A stretch of DNA of 48,844 nucleotides from Candidatus Ozemobacter sp. (GTDB lineage Bacteria; Muiribacteriota; Ozemobacteria; Ozemobacterales; Ozemobacteraceae): the NCBI GenBank assembly GCA_030446435.1, contig JASURT010000002.1:1-48844 (forward strand), written 5' to 3'. Below the pieces are notes generated by a model. The model worked only from the letters and a program-made list of their open reading frames with translations, did not search any database and was not told where the DNA came from. Positions 26,167 to 35,793 of the stretch are shown here, piece by piece. The translations under genes and the position numbers were made by a program. The first letter of the stretch is position 1. The number at the start of each line of letters is the position of its first letter.

Positions 26167-28962
26167 ATGATAGAGGAAATTCTTTTAAGTCTGCAAGACA
26201 AGCTGCGAAGCCACGACTTTCTCGATAACGAGCAGGCGCTGGACAAGTTTTCATCGCTTTTACAATCTCAGACTACCGATAAACAGAAGAAGGTCATTTC
26301 GAACATTCTTCCATTAGCGCTTTCAAGCAAGTTTGAAAGCATTCAGAAGAAAACTGTTCAGACAGTAATCAATTACCCGACCATTCTTAAAGATGTACTG
26401 CCTTCTTTGCGATTATCTTCAGACATGACCGTCAGGTTCTGGGCTCATTTCATAATGATCGAGCTTGGCTTCATCAGACAGGAAGAATTGCTGTCGATTC
26501 TTGACAGTCGCGAAAACGACGAGATCAGAAAAATTGCCCTTGAAGCGGTCGCCAAAAACCCTGATCGAAAAGTTATCATTACTCTGCTTAATAAAATTTC
26601 AGACCCGAGCTGGATAGTTCGCAAGCAGGCGAAAAGAGCCCTGATCGAACAGGGTGACAGTATTTACCAGATTATTCAGGAATACTTTCAAAGCTGCTCG
26701 AGCCAACAGAAGTATGAGTGTATCAAGATCATTCCGCTTATCTTGCGGGAAAAGGCCTTTACCTTATTTCAACGCATGCTTGAATCAGAAAAAAGCGATG
26801 GTCTGAAGCCTTATATTTGCGCGGGTCTTGGTGAAATTCAGAATGAAGCTTCGATGAAGACTCTTTTCGCTCTGCTCGATGATGACTCGCTTCTTGTTCG
26901 TCAGGAAGCAATCAAGTCGCTGCAAAACTGGGGCAAAGAAATCGTAAATTCTTTGATGGCAATTTTTCCGACGGCCAAAAAAGAAACCAGAATCAGTATT
27001 ACCATGCTACTTGGGCGAATTCTCGGGCTCGAACTCATCGAATTATTCAAAGAAAAATTTGGCGCTCCGACCCAGGAAACCAAGTTTTATTTGCTGACCG
27101 GTCTGGGTGAAATTCGTGAGCCTGAAGTTGTAAGTAAACTCATACCTTACCTTAAAGACGAATCGATTTTTATTCAGGAATATACAGTTCGAATTCTCTC
27201 GCAGCTGGGTGTGCATGCGGTTGACCCTTTGCTGGCCTGTCTCGATACCGAAGACGAAGAGCTGATCATTCAGGTTCTGAAGGTTATTGGCGTTATCGGT
27301 TCAAAAGAAGCTTTGCGCCCGCTGCTCTTTTTAATTGATAATTCAAAGAAGACTTTGATTCGCACCTGCGCCATCGAGGCCATTTCAAAACTGCAAAAAT
27401 TCGAGTTGATCGCCGGGCTTCTGCTTCTCAAACTCGATGATAAAGATCTTTCAATCCGGCACACCATAGTCGAAAACCTTTCAAAACAGCCCCGCAAGGC
27501 TTTTCTGAAAGAGCTGGTCGCCGCAACTCTCGATAAGAATGCCGATGTGGCCTGGTGGTCTCGCGAAATATTAAAGCGCCGCGATTATACAGGCATTCCG
27601 TCTTTTTTGAACCTGTATGATGCAGCAACAGATGTTGAGAAAGATCGCATTATTTCTCTCGTGTCGAAGCTGTCTGAAGATCAGTTAGATGCAGTTCTTG
27701 CCCAGGAAAAAATTACTTTTGATTCGTTGAAGCCAGAAAATGTTGAAACCAGGGTTTTACGCCGCAAATTCAACAAAGAGAACATTACTGACCTTAAAGA
27801 ATTGCTTTATTACCTTCACGAAGAAGGCGGCTCGGATCTTCATATTTCGATCGGTCTGCCACCAAGTATTCGTATTCATGGTGAATTGATCAGAACAACT
27901 TTCGAGACCATAACCCCCGAGAAAAGCCGGTTTTTGCTGTTCTCGATCATGAATGAAGCACAGAAACGCGAATTTAACGAACGCATGGAGCTCGACTTTT
28001 CTTACGAAATAGCAGACTGCGCACGCTTTCGTGTCAATGTTTTTCAGCAGAAAAACGGTATGGCCGGCGTATTCAGAATCATTCCGAATACCGTGCCAAC
28101 CTTTGAAGAGCTGTCAATCGACAAGACGGCCATGGAAAAAATCTGTAACCATAAATCAGGTCTGATTCTTGTCACCGGTGCAACAGGTTCGGGAAAATCT
28201 ACTACCCTTGCGGCAATGATCGATCTGGTCAATCGAACCAGATATGACCACATCATAACCATTGAAGATCCGATAGAATTTGTTCACCCGCATAAAAGAA
28301 GTGTTATCACGCAAAGAGAACTGGGCACCAATACCCTTTCTTTTTCAAACGCTCTTAGAAGTGCTTTGCGTGAAGATCCCGATGTTATTCTCGTCGGCGA
28401 AATGCGCGACCTCGAAACGATGAATCTTGCGATTACCGCCTCAGAAACAGGCCATCTGGTTTTTTCGACTTTGCATACCATCAATGCTTACGAATCGATT
28501 CATCGTATTGTCGGCAGTTTCCCCGGCGATGTTCAGCAATCGATCAGAATGCAGCTTGCGGGCACCCTGCGCGGAATCATCTCGCAGCGACTTGTTCCGG
28601 CTTATCTTTCGTCAGGCCGTGTGCTTGCTTACGAAGTTCTGGTCGGTTCACAGCCGGTTCGCCGTTGCGTAAAAGAAGACAAAACCGATCAGCTGATTTC
28701 TATCATGCAGACCAGCCGCCAGGATGGTATGATCACCATGGATCAGTGCCTCGAAGATCTTGTCGTATCGAAGCGCATTACTTACGAAGACGGTTACAAA
28801 AATGCCGAAGACAAAAAAGACTTCCAGAAACGCCTTGAAATGCGTCTTGGCAAAGAGTTTACCCGTTCAGGCCCGCCTGTGCCCAATATTCAGGAAACCG
28901 AAAAGCCCGGAGTGGGTAAACCGGTTATCACCGATAAACCCCAGGTAAAAGGAAGAGTCTGA
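26167..28962 (+). CDS. pilT: Type IV pilus retraction ATPase PilT with a ~530-aa N-terminal HEAT-repeat region
   Basis: GSDLHI, RFRVNVF, GATGSGKST, TIEDPIE, LREDPDVILVGEMRD and TLHT motifs; HEAT units such as ISDPSWIVRKQA. Confidence 0.88.
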   Translation: MIEEILLSLQDKLRSHDFLDNEQALDKFSSLLQSQTTDKQKKVISNILPLALSSKFESIQKKTVQTVINYPTILKDVLPSLRLSSDMTVRFWAHFIMIELGFIRQEELLSILDSRENDEIRKIALEAVAKNPDRKVIITLLNKISDPSWIVRKQAKRALIEQGDSIYQIIQEYFQSCSSQQKYECIKIIPLILREKAFTLFQRMLESEKSDGLKPYICAGLGEIQNEASMKTLFALLDDDSLLVRQEAIKSLQNWGKEIVNSLMAIFPTAKKETRISITMLLGRILGLELIELFKEKFGAPTQETKFYLLTGLGEIREPEVVSKLIPYLKDESIFIQEYTVRILSQLGVHAVDPLLACLDTEDEELIIQVLKVIGVIGSKEALRPLLFLIDNSKKTLIRTCAIEAISKLQKFELIAGLLLLKLDDKDLSIRHTIVENLSKQPRKAFLKELVAATLDKNADVAWWSREILKRRDYTGIPSFLNLYDAATDVEKDRIISLVSKLSEDQLDAVLAQEKITFDSLKPENVETRVLRRKFNKENITDLKELLYYLHEEGGSDLHISIGLPPSIRIHGELIRTTFETITPEKSRFLLFSIMNEAQKREFNERMELDFSYEIADCARFRVNVFQQKNGMAGVFRIIPNTVPTFEELSIDKTAMEKICNHKSGLILVTGATGSGKSTTLAAMIDLVNRTRYDHIITIEDPIEFVHPHKRSVITQRELGTNTLSFSNALRSALREDPDVILVGEMRDLETMNLAITASETGHLVFSTLHTINAYESIHRIVGSFPGDVQQSIRMQLAGTLRGIISQRLVPAYLSSGRVLAYEVLVGSQPVRRCVKEDKTDQLISIMQTSRQDGMITMDQCLEDLVVSKRITYEDGYKNAEDKKDFQKRLEMRLGKEFTRSGPPVPNIQETEKPGVGKPVITDKPQVKGRV

Positions 28963-28980
28963 TTCGAAATTTCGACCCCA

Positions 28981-29011
28981 AAAAATCCCCGTGTGAACGG
29001 GGATTTTTCTT
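28981..29011. terminator. Bidirectional intrinsic terminator
   Basis: AAAAATCCCCGT-GTGA-ACGGGGATTTTT between convergent genes. Confidence 0.88.
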
Positions 29012-29056
29012 TATTTTACGGACTGATTAAGATGAAAAGCGGGGTGAAAATTTCTG

Positions 29057-32000
29057 TCAGCCCCATTTGACACGGTAGGCTTTTACCGGGTTGTCGATGC
29101 CTTTAAGCTGATGTTGGCCGTAGTCTTCGATTTCGAAAATGCTGCGATTGATTCTCTGAAGTGTGTTTTCTGAGATTATGATTTCAAAAGCTTCGCCGAT
29201 TCCTTCCAGACGCGAGGCAAGATTGACCGAATCACCAAGAACATCGCCTTCGGTGCGAATGACCGAACCGCTGTTGATCGCAATTCTTATTGCCAGTCTT
29301 CGTTCTTCAGGAATGTTCGTGTTGAAAGCGTTGAGTTGGCGTTGAATTTCAATGGCAGCAAGAACTGCGTTATTGTGGTTTTCAAAAACAACCAGAAAGG
29401 CATCGCCAATCTTTTTCAGCGCTTCGCCTGAGTATTTGTCGAATACGGGTTTGAGAATTTCGTCATGCTGCTTAAGCATCGACATTACTTCAGAAAGTGA
29501 AGCTTTTGAGCTGAAGGCTGTATAACCTTTTACATCAGTAAACATGATCGCAAGATCCATGGTGTGCGAAGTTTTGATGATTTCATCATATTTCTCAAGT
29601 TCTTCAAGGGCGGCGCGTCTGCGTTCAAGAACATCGTCGAGGTGCGAGTCGGAAAGAACAATCTTAGCTTCGCCTTTAGCTCTGAGCAGGTTGGGGTCAA
29701 CTTCTCCGCCAACGCTTTCGATCAAATCGACGAGAGCTTTGCGGTCGATTTCGTTTTCAAGTTCTTCGATGTATTCGATCAAAGGTTCTTTGATGATCAT
29801 TCCAAGGCTGAGCAGAAAATCGGTTACAGCGCCTTTAAGTCTGAAGTCATCATGAAAGAAGTAGCGGGCCAGAGTTTTGACTGCCCGTTTGATAACCGGC
29901 GGCTCTTCGTCGGGCAAAAGGGTTTCCATGATTGAAAAAGCGATTTTGCGATCATCGATGCTGTCAAGAGCGATAATACAGCAAAGCCGGTAAGCCATGC
30001 TGGGCGAATTGAGACCCTGAACCAGACCATCGGGATTTTTGCGATAAACATAGCTGAGAATCGCGCCGACTTTGTCGACATCTTCCACGGTAATGACTTC
30101 TGAACGCTTTTTCAGCAGTCGGTCAAGCATTTCAAGGAAAGGAGGATTGCTTGATTTAGCCGTTTCCAGCATCAGGTGCAACATCAGATCTGGCTTGCAT
30201 GAATCAAGATATTCTTCGAGAGTCGCAATGGTGCTTGGATAGGCGAATTTGCTGAGAATTCTGACAATGGCACCAAGATTTTGTCGCGATTTTTCGACAC
30301 CAAGTTGTCGGGCGACAATCTTAATGTCACTTTCGGTCAGGTTTTCCCAGTGTTCTACAGCGCTGGCCACATAAAACCTGACTTTTTCGCTTGAATGACT
30401 GAAACCAAGAAAAACGCTGCGACGCAAAGAGCTTGATTCAACCTTTTCAAGCAAATGAGCCAGCCATCTGACCACCTTTTCGTCGGGGTGAGTCAAAAGA
30501 TTCAGAATTGTATTGATAACATCTTTAGATGTGATTTCCGGAATGCTTTCAAAAACGCTTTGAATTCTGTAATCATCATTCGTTTCGAGAAATTTCAACA
30601 CTGCCGGCACCGCATCTGCGTGATTCATTGAAAGCAATGCAGATACGATATGTGGCATAAGACCAGGGTCGTTGCCTTCTTCGAGAATTTTTTTCAGAAT
30701 GACTACAGCTCTTGGACCGATCATCAGCAACGCTTTTCTTGACCAGAATTTTACGTCTTCTGAAGTCGAGTTGAGTGCTTTAACGATGGCAGGCACAGAA
30801 GCTTCGCCAAAATTGACCAGACAGTTTGCCGAAGCATTTCTTACCGGCCAGTTCGGATCACCGAGCAGAGTGATCAGGACTTCGATCAGTTTTTCATGCG
30901 GCGCTATCTTTTGCAAAACGCCGAGCAGAAAAAGTCTTTCCTGCTTGTTTCCTGATTCGAGAATTCTAACGATGGGGTTCAGGGCAAGACCGCCGATTGA
31001 ACCGATTATCTTGATGATTTGAAAACGCAGGTTTTCATCTTCAGTTTCGAGTTTTGTCAGCAACAAATCAAGGTTAAGATTGGGCTTTTGCGCCAGGCAG
31101 TCGGAAGCATAATCAGAGATGACCCGATCGCCTTCAGCCAGACATTTCATAAGCTCATTCGTCGCTTCATCGCTTTTCAGTCTGGCCATGTTTTCTATTG
31201 CAAGAAGCTTGAATTCGTGGTCGTTGGCAGACATGAGTCTTTGCAGCAGCGGCAGAGACTTTTCTTTCAGCATTTCTACAAGAATTTCGATGATCTTGTG
31301 CTTTATCAGCGAGTCGCTTTTGCCAAAAGCTGCGGTAAGCTTGTCGAAAACTTTTGAACCAAGCTTTAAAAGCTGTTCACCTGCTGATTTTCTGATGGCC
31401 CACGATGGGTCAGAAAGCGAAGTTATGATAAAGTCGATGGCATCTGAAGAGCCAAGTTCGCCAAGAGCTGAAATAATGGCAAAGCGCATCTGAAAATTGC
31501 CGGTGCCGTAAATCTTTTTCAGTTCTTGTATGACTTCATCCTGGCCAATTTTGACGAACAGGGCAATAACGGTGTGAGGCGCATTTTGCGAAGGCGAAAG
31601 AATGATTTTACGCAAATCATCCAAAACAACCGGACCAAAGCTGAGCAACTGCTCAAAAACCAGCTTGCGAACCGCCCAGTTCTGGTCATTTAACAGGGGG
31701 TAAAGTGGGCGGGCGTTTTCAATGCTTTTATGCTGGGTTAATGCACGTATGGCATAACTTTTTACCTCTGAATCAGCGTGATTCAGATATTTTCTGATTA
31801 CGGCAAAAGATTGCTCGCCGCCAATGTGCCCAAGAACATTCAGCAGCCAGTAAAACTCATCCGGGTTACTTTCATCGAGTCGATTCTGAATGATTTCAGA
31901 AATCTCGCTGCCCCATTCATTCAGTATTCTCGCCGCAGCCTCTCTTTTGTGCCAGGCTTTGTCTGAAAGAACAGAGATGATTGCTTCGCAGGCTTTTTCG

Positions 32001-32086
32001 CTGTGATCGATCAACAGCGAATTGAGCCCTTCTCTCCAGAGAGCCTCGTCAGTACTCTTTATCAGTTCATAAGGTGACCTGTTCAT
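29057..32086 (-). CDS. HEAT-repeat protein with a C-terminal class III adenylate/guanylate cyclase domain
   Basis: About 800 aa of HEAT repeats; MFTDVKGYT, KKIGDAF and GDVLGDSVNLASRLEG cyclase motifs. Confidence 0.88.
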   Translation of the reverse strand: MNRSPYELIKSTDEALWREGLNSLLIDHSEKACEAIISVLSDKAWHKREAAARILNEWGSEISEIIQNRLDESNPDEFYWLLNVLGHIGGEQSFAVIRKYLNHADSEVKSYAIRALTQHKSIENARPLYPLLNDQNWAVRKLVFEQLLSFGPVVLDDLRKIILSPSQNAPHTVIALFVKIGQDEVIQELKKIYGTGNFQMRFAIISALGELGSSDAIDFIITSLSDPSWAIRKSAGEQLLKLGSKVFDKLTAAFGKSDSLIKHKIIEILVEMLKEKSLPLLQRLMSANDHEFKLLAIENMARLKSDEATNELMKCLAEGDRVISDYASDCLAQKPNLNLDLLLTKLETEDENLRFQIIKIIGSIGGLALNPIVRILESGNKQERLFLLGVLQKIAPHEKLIEVLITLLGDPNWPVRNASANCLVNFGEASVPAIVKALNSTSEDVKFWSRKALLMIGPRAVVILKKILEEGNDPGLMPHIVSALLSMNHADAVPAVLKFLETNDDYRIQSVFESIPEITSKDVINTILNLLTHPDEKVVRWLAHLLEKVESSSLRRSVFLGFSHSSEKVRFYVASAVEHWENLTESDIKIVARQLGVEKSRQNLGAIVRILSKFAYPSTIATLEEYLDSCKPDLMLHLMLETAKSSNPPFLEMLDRLLKKRSEVITVEDVDKVGAILSYVYRKNPDGLVQGLNSPSMAYRLCCIIALDSIDDRKIAFSIMETLLPDEEPPVIKRAVKTLARYFFHDDFRLKGAVTDFLLSLGMIIKEPLIEYIEELENEIDRKALVDLIESVGGEVDPNLLRAKGEAKIVLSDSHLDDVLERRRAALEELEKYDEIIKTSHTMDLAIMFTDVKGYTAFSSKASLSEVMSMLKQHDEILKPVFDKYSGEALKKIGDAFLVVFENHNNAVLAAIEIQRQLNAFNTNIPEERRLAIRIAINSGSVIRTEGDVLGDSVNLASRLEGIGEAFEIIISENTLQRINRSIFEIEDYGQHQLKGIDNPVKAYRVKWG

Positions 32087-32180
32087 CAATTATCCTTAAA
32101 CCTTGCTGTGGTTAATCTTGATAATTATCGACAGATTAACATATAATCTGCAGCAATGGAACTATTTAGGAGGGTATATC

Positions 32181-32549
32181 ATGCCGCTTTATGAATTTTT
32201 CTGTGTTTCGTGCAAAAAAAAGTTCAGTGTTCTGTGTAAAATCGATGAACGTGATGCGGAAAAAACATGCAGTGTCTGTGGTTCAAAAGATACCCGCAGA
32301 ATGGTTTCGCGTTTCAAAACCGTTCGCAGCGAAGAGCAACTGATGGAAAACCTTGCCGACCCTTCTAGTCTGTCGGGCATAGACGAAAATGACCCTAAAT
32401 CAATGGCCGCCTGGGCAAAAAAAATGGCGCGAGAAATGGGCGAAAATATGGACGATGAAATCGATGCCATGGCCGAAGAAGAATTTTCAGGAAACGGCGA
32501 ATCAATGCCTGCTGATGAACCTTACGATTCAGGTGATGACCAGTTGTAA
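32181..32549 (+). CDS. FmdB-family zinc-ribbon protein
   Basis: MPLYEFFCVSC...CSVCGS; AGGAGG RBS; acidic tail. Confidence 0.88.
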   Translation: MPLYEFFCVSCKKKFSVLCKIDERDAEKTCSVCGSKDTRRMVSRFKTVRSEEQLMENLADPSSLSGIDENDPKSMAAWAKKMAREMGENMDDEIDAMAEEEFSGNGESMPADEPYDSGDDQL

Positions 32550-33034
32550 ATCTGGCGAAGTGCTTCATAAACCACTGCTGAAACTGAAGACGATACATTG
32601 ATGCAGCGAGCTTTTTCAAGCATGGGCAGGCTGATCATTTTTTCACGATTTTCCTGTAGCTGCGAAATTTCAGGTGGCAGTCCGCTCGATTCTGAACCGA
32701 AAACCAGCACGTCGCCCGGCTTGAATTGAACCTGGGCATAATTCTTTTCGGCATGGGCCGAGAGATAATAAACGTTTTTGTCTTTGATCCAGTCTCTGTA
32801 TTCGTCCAGATCGTCTAAAATCAAAGGGTTCAGTTCTTTCCAGTAATCCATGCCCGCACGAGCCAGGCCTGAATCGGTCAGTCTGAAGCCAAAGGGTCTT
32901 ACCAACACAAGATTTGTGCCTGTCGCGTTACATAGTCTGGCGATGTTACCTGTGTTTTGCGGAATATCCGGTTGAATCAACACTACGCTTAGATTGGCAT
33001 GGCTTTCTTTTATCTGACAAAGCTGATCTGACAT
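32522..33034 (-). CDS. trmL: tRNA (cytidine/uridine-34-2'-O)-methyltransferase
   Basis: PDIPQNTGNIARLC, RAGMDYW, FGSESSGLP and RCINVS motifs. Confidence 0.93.
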   Translation of the reverse strand: MSDQLCQIKESHANLSVVLIQPDIPQNTGNIARLCNATGTNLVLVRPFGFRLTDSGLARAGMDYWKELNPLILDDLDEYRDWIKDKNVYYLSAHAEKNYAQVQFKPGDVLVFGSESSGLPPEISQLQENREKMISLPMLEKARCINVSSSVSAVVYEALRQIYNWSSPES

Positions 33035-33045
33035 CTTCGTTTTCC

Positions 33046-33720
33046 TCAGGCTGGTTTTTGGGCTGTGACTAAAAAGTAAGAAATAATCTGGGTTTCATTC
33101 AGGTCGGTGCGACGTAGCGTATCGATGCAAAGCTGATGAAAGCCCGCGGTTTCAAATAGTTTTTCAATTTCTTCGCGATCAAAAAAGTGAATTGTACCAA
33201 TGTTGGCTACTGGCCCTGTGCTAAGGTTTCTGTAGGTGTTGTCTTCAATTTTCTGCCCCGTACCATATCCGGAAATTTCACGACTGAAAAGCCCTGTCGA
33301 AAACAGTTTTCCGCCTGGTTTAAGAATTCTGTAAGCTTCTGAAAGAATTTTTTCGATACCTGCTATTGAATTAGCCGAAATTGCGGCTGAATCAATAATA
33401 GCATCGAAGCTGGCAGAAGAAATTGGCAATGCAGCGGCGTCGGCCTGAAAAAGACCGGCTTTTTCATTTGCCGACTGTAGCAACTGGTTACACTTCTGCA
33501 ATGCGCTTAAACTGCCATCGAAAGCGAAAGTCTGAAAACCTTCACGCGAAAGAAACCATGAATTGGCACCGCCTCCGCAGCCCAGATCGAGTATTCTCGT
33601 TGTTGATCGGTTGCCGGCAAAATAGTTTCTTGCCACAAAACGAATCACTTCTTCTGAAGGATACCGCCCCCAGGTTTTTTGTTGGTGCACCTTTTCCCAT
33701 TCATGGTCAAATGAACTCAT
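33046..33720 (-). CDS. Class I SAM-dependent methyltransferase
   Basis: WGRYPSEEVIRF and ILDLGCGGG motifs; start MSSFD directly after the upstream stop. Confidence 0.88.
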   Translation of the reverse strand: MSSFDHEWEKVHQQKTWGRYPSEEVIRFVARNYFAGNRSTTRILDLGCGGGANSWFLSREGFQTFAFDGSLSALQKCNQLLQSANEKAGLFQADAAALPISSASFDAIIDSAAISANSIAGIEKILSEAYRILKPGGKLFSTGLFSREISGYGTGQKIEDNTYRNLSTGPVANIGTIHFFDREEIEKLFETAGFHQLCIDTLRRTDLNETQIISYFLVTAQKPA

Positions 33721-33721
33721 G

Positions 33722-34810
33722 TCAGACTCCGTAATGATAGTGAAGAAGAATTTCGGGCTGCTTGCCCGTAAGCTTCTGCCAGTTTGCAGAGATATTATCA
33801 TAAATTTCCGGCCGGTAAATTTTTCGGCCAATGAAAAAATCATGGGTTTGCTCTGAAAACCCTTTTTTATAGCGAAAAAGTCCGTCTTCAGCTTTGTCGT
33901 TCAGGCCACCCCCGAGATGCAGAATGCTTTTGCCGCTTTTATTGGCTTCTTCGGCAACTTTTAACATCAGATAGTCATTTGGCCGCAAATGCAGCAAAGA
34001 ACTTTCTGAACAGCCTAGATGATAGTGATAACTCAGGCTGTCTTTTAAGAAGATACCCGCCGCCGCCAAATTTCCTTCAGCGGTTCTTGCAGCTTTGATA
34101 ACGAAATTATGCGGACATTGGCGCTGAATCTCTGCAAAATAGGCATCGCTGAAAAAATAGTATTCGTCGGCCCGCAGCTCGTTCATGGTTTTTCGGTAAA
34201 GAAGCCTGAATTCTTCAAGCGAACAATCGCTTATTTGCAGTCCTGATTTTACAGCGTTATTGAAGTTGCGACGCTTTGCCGAAGTACAACCCTTGAGGAT
34301 CTGGGGCAGACCCGAGCTGGTATCGATGCTGACCGTAGTTCTGTTTTTTGAAATCCTGGCAAAATTTTCACAGAAACGATGATTTTCGATAAAGGGGTTG
34401 AAACGAATGAATTCTGCCACTATCGAGTTATTTGAACACCAGCTTGCAAAACTTTGTTGAAAGGCAGAAATCGCTTTCTGATCAGGGTTACGCAAATAGG
34501 GGCCGCCGTAACCATAGGGCGTTTCAATGTCAAACATTTCTCCGAGCCCGTAAACAGCCGGAATGGCCTTGAGAAGAAAAGGGTAAAACGCCACCACCTT
34601 ATCTTTTTCGCTGAAAATCAGCGCGGTGGGCAGCCCTTCATGGTTCGCATGCGAAAGTTTGAAATAGGCAAATTCATAATAGGCCTTACCAAAAAAATCA
34701 GGCAGCGAGTTAAGGGCATTGTTCCAGGCTTCGCCGGTTGTGCATTGCTCTACGATCAAATCAGGCAACTCCGTCAAGGTCTTCCCAGTTGATTGGCTGG
34801 TCGGGTTCAA
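33722..34810 (-). CDS. GNAT/FemAB-like acyltransferase of glycan clusters
   Basis: DIETPYGYGGP, EFIRFNP and LHLGGG...LFRYKKGF motifs; true start probably near 34770. Confidence 0.8.
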   Translation of the reverse strand: MNPTSQSTGKTLTELPDLIVEQCTTGEAWNNALNSLPDFFGKAYYEFAYFKLSHANHEGLPTALIFSEKDKVVAFYPFLLKAIPAVYGLGEMFDIETPYGYGGPYLRNPDQKAISAFQQSFASWCSNNSIVAEFIRFNPFIENHRFCENFARISKNRTTVSIDTSSGLPQILKGCTSAKRRNFNNAVKSGLQISDCSLEEFRLLYRKTMNELRADEYYFFSDAYFAEIQRQCPHNFVIKAARTAEGNLAAAGIFLKDSLSYHYHLGCSESSLLHLRPNDYLMLKVAEEANKSGKSILHLGGGLNDKAEDGLFRYKKGFSEQTHDFFIGRKIYRPEIYDNISANWQKLTGKQPEILLHYHYGV

Positions 34811-35792
34811 TTTCGCATTTACTTTTTCGCCCGGTAAGCAGGGGCATAAATTCGGGTGCGATACCTGTGGCTGGTCTTTTGCAGCAAAGATTGTCGATGG
34901 TCAGTCTTTCGCCTGCCGAGATTTTATTTTTGGCACAAATGCTTCGTCTGACTAAAAGACGATTTTTCTTTTCTGATTCTGTGGCGCATTTAACAGGCGA
35001 ACCAAGCATCGCAGTGGTTTTTCTGACTGCATCAACAAGGTTTTTTAGCTGAACCGGATTCAACGAAGCGGCGTGGTCAGGGCCTGGAAGGCTCTGGTCG
35101 AGAGTAAAATGCTTTTCGATGATGTTGGCGCCGAGAGCTGTGGCTGCTATGGCTGCTTCGATGCCGACACTGTGATCAGAAAGGCCGACGGGCAAAGCAA
35201 AACTATTGGCCAGGGTCTGCATTGCCCTGAGATTTATTTCATCTGCCGGGGCAGGGTATTCGGTGGTGCAATGCAAAAGAATGATTTCAGGGCAGCCGCT
35301 TTCTTCAAGAGTGCTGATCGCTTTTTCAACTTCACCGATATCACTCATGCCGGTTGATAGAAGGGTCGGAAGTTTTTTTGCACCGATTTTTGCAAGAAAA
35401 GGCAGGTTGGTGATTTCGCCCGACGCAATCTTGATTGCTTCAACCCCAATGCTGCAAAGAAACTCAAGACTTTCTTCTCCGTCGGGGGTCGAGAGAAAGC
35501 CAAGCCCAAGCTCTTCGGCCCTGGCTTTCAATTTAATAAAATCTGCAAAGCGAAGCTCGAGCTTTTGCAGTAATTCAAACTGATTCGCTGCGCCGACCTG
35601 CTTCTGATATTCGGCTGTACCACTATAACTTGAAGCACATTCATAAGCTTTGAAAGTTTGAAATTTAATCAGGTCGGCCCCTGCTTCTGCTGCCGCTTCG
35701 ATCAGCTTCATCGCCAAATCGGGGTTGCCGTTATGATTGACCCCGGCTTCTGCTATGATCAAGGGGCTTTGTCTGAATTTTGTCATGAACAT
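34761..35792 (-). CDS. neuB: N-acetylneuraminate / legionaminate synthase (NeuB/LegI)
   Basis: IIAEAGVNHNG, KFQTF, KIASGE, LSDHS and EKHFTLD motifs; SAF domain. Confidence 0.93.
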   Translation of the reverse strand: MFMTKFRQSPLIIAEAGVNHNGNPDLAMKLIEAAAEAGADLIKFQTFKAYECASSYSGTAEYQKQVGAANQFELLQKLELRFADFIKLKARAEELGLGFLSTPDGEESLEFLCSIGVEAIKIASGEITNLPFLAKIGAKKLPTLLSTGMSDIGEVEKAISTLEESGCPEIILLHCTTEYPAPADEINLRAMQTLANSFALPVGLSDHSVGIEAAIAATALGANIIEKHFTLDQSLPGPDHAASLNPVQLKNLVDAVRKTTAMLGSPVKCATESEKKNRLLVRRSICAKNKISAGERLTIDNLCCKRPATGIAPEFMPLLTGRKSKCEIEPDQPINWEDLDGVA

Positions 35793-35793
35793 T

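Noticed and set aside
29057-32086. Pycsar/CBASS-type anti-phage cyclase system
   Set aside because: There is no adjacent cNMP-binding TM or TIR effector, and the residues fit an ordinary ATP-specific class III cyclase.
32522-32549. Convergent 3' overlaps (FmdB/trmL; also 14394-14397 and 17956-17969)
   Set aside because: Short tail-to-tail overlaps are common in compact genomes.
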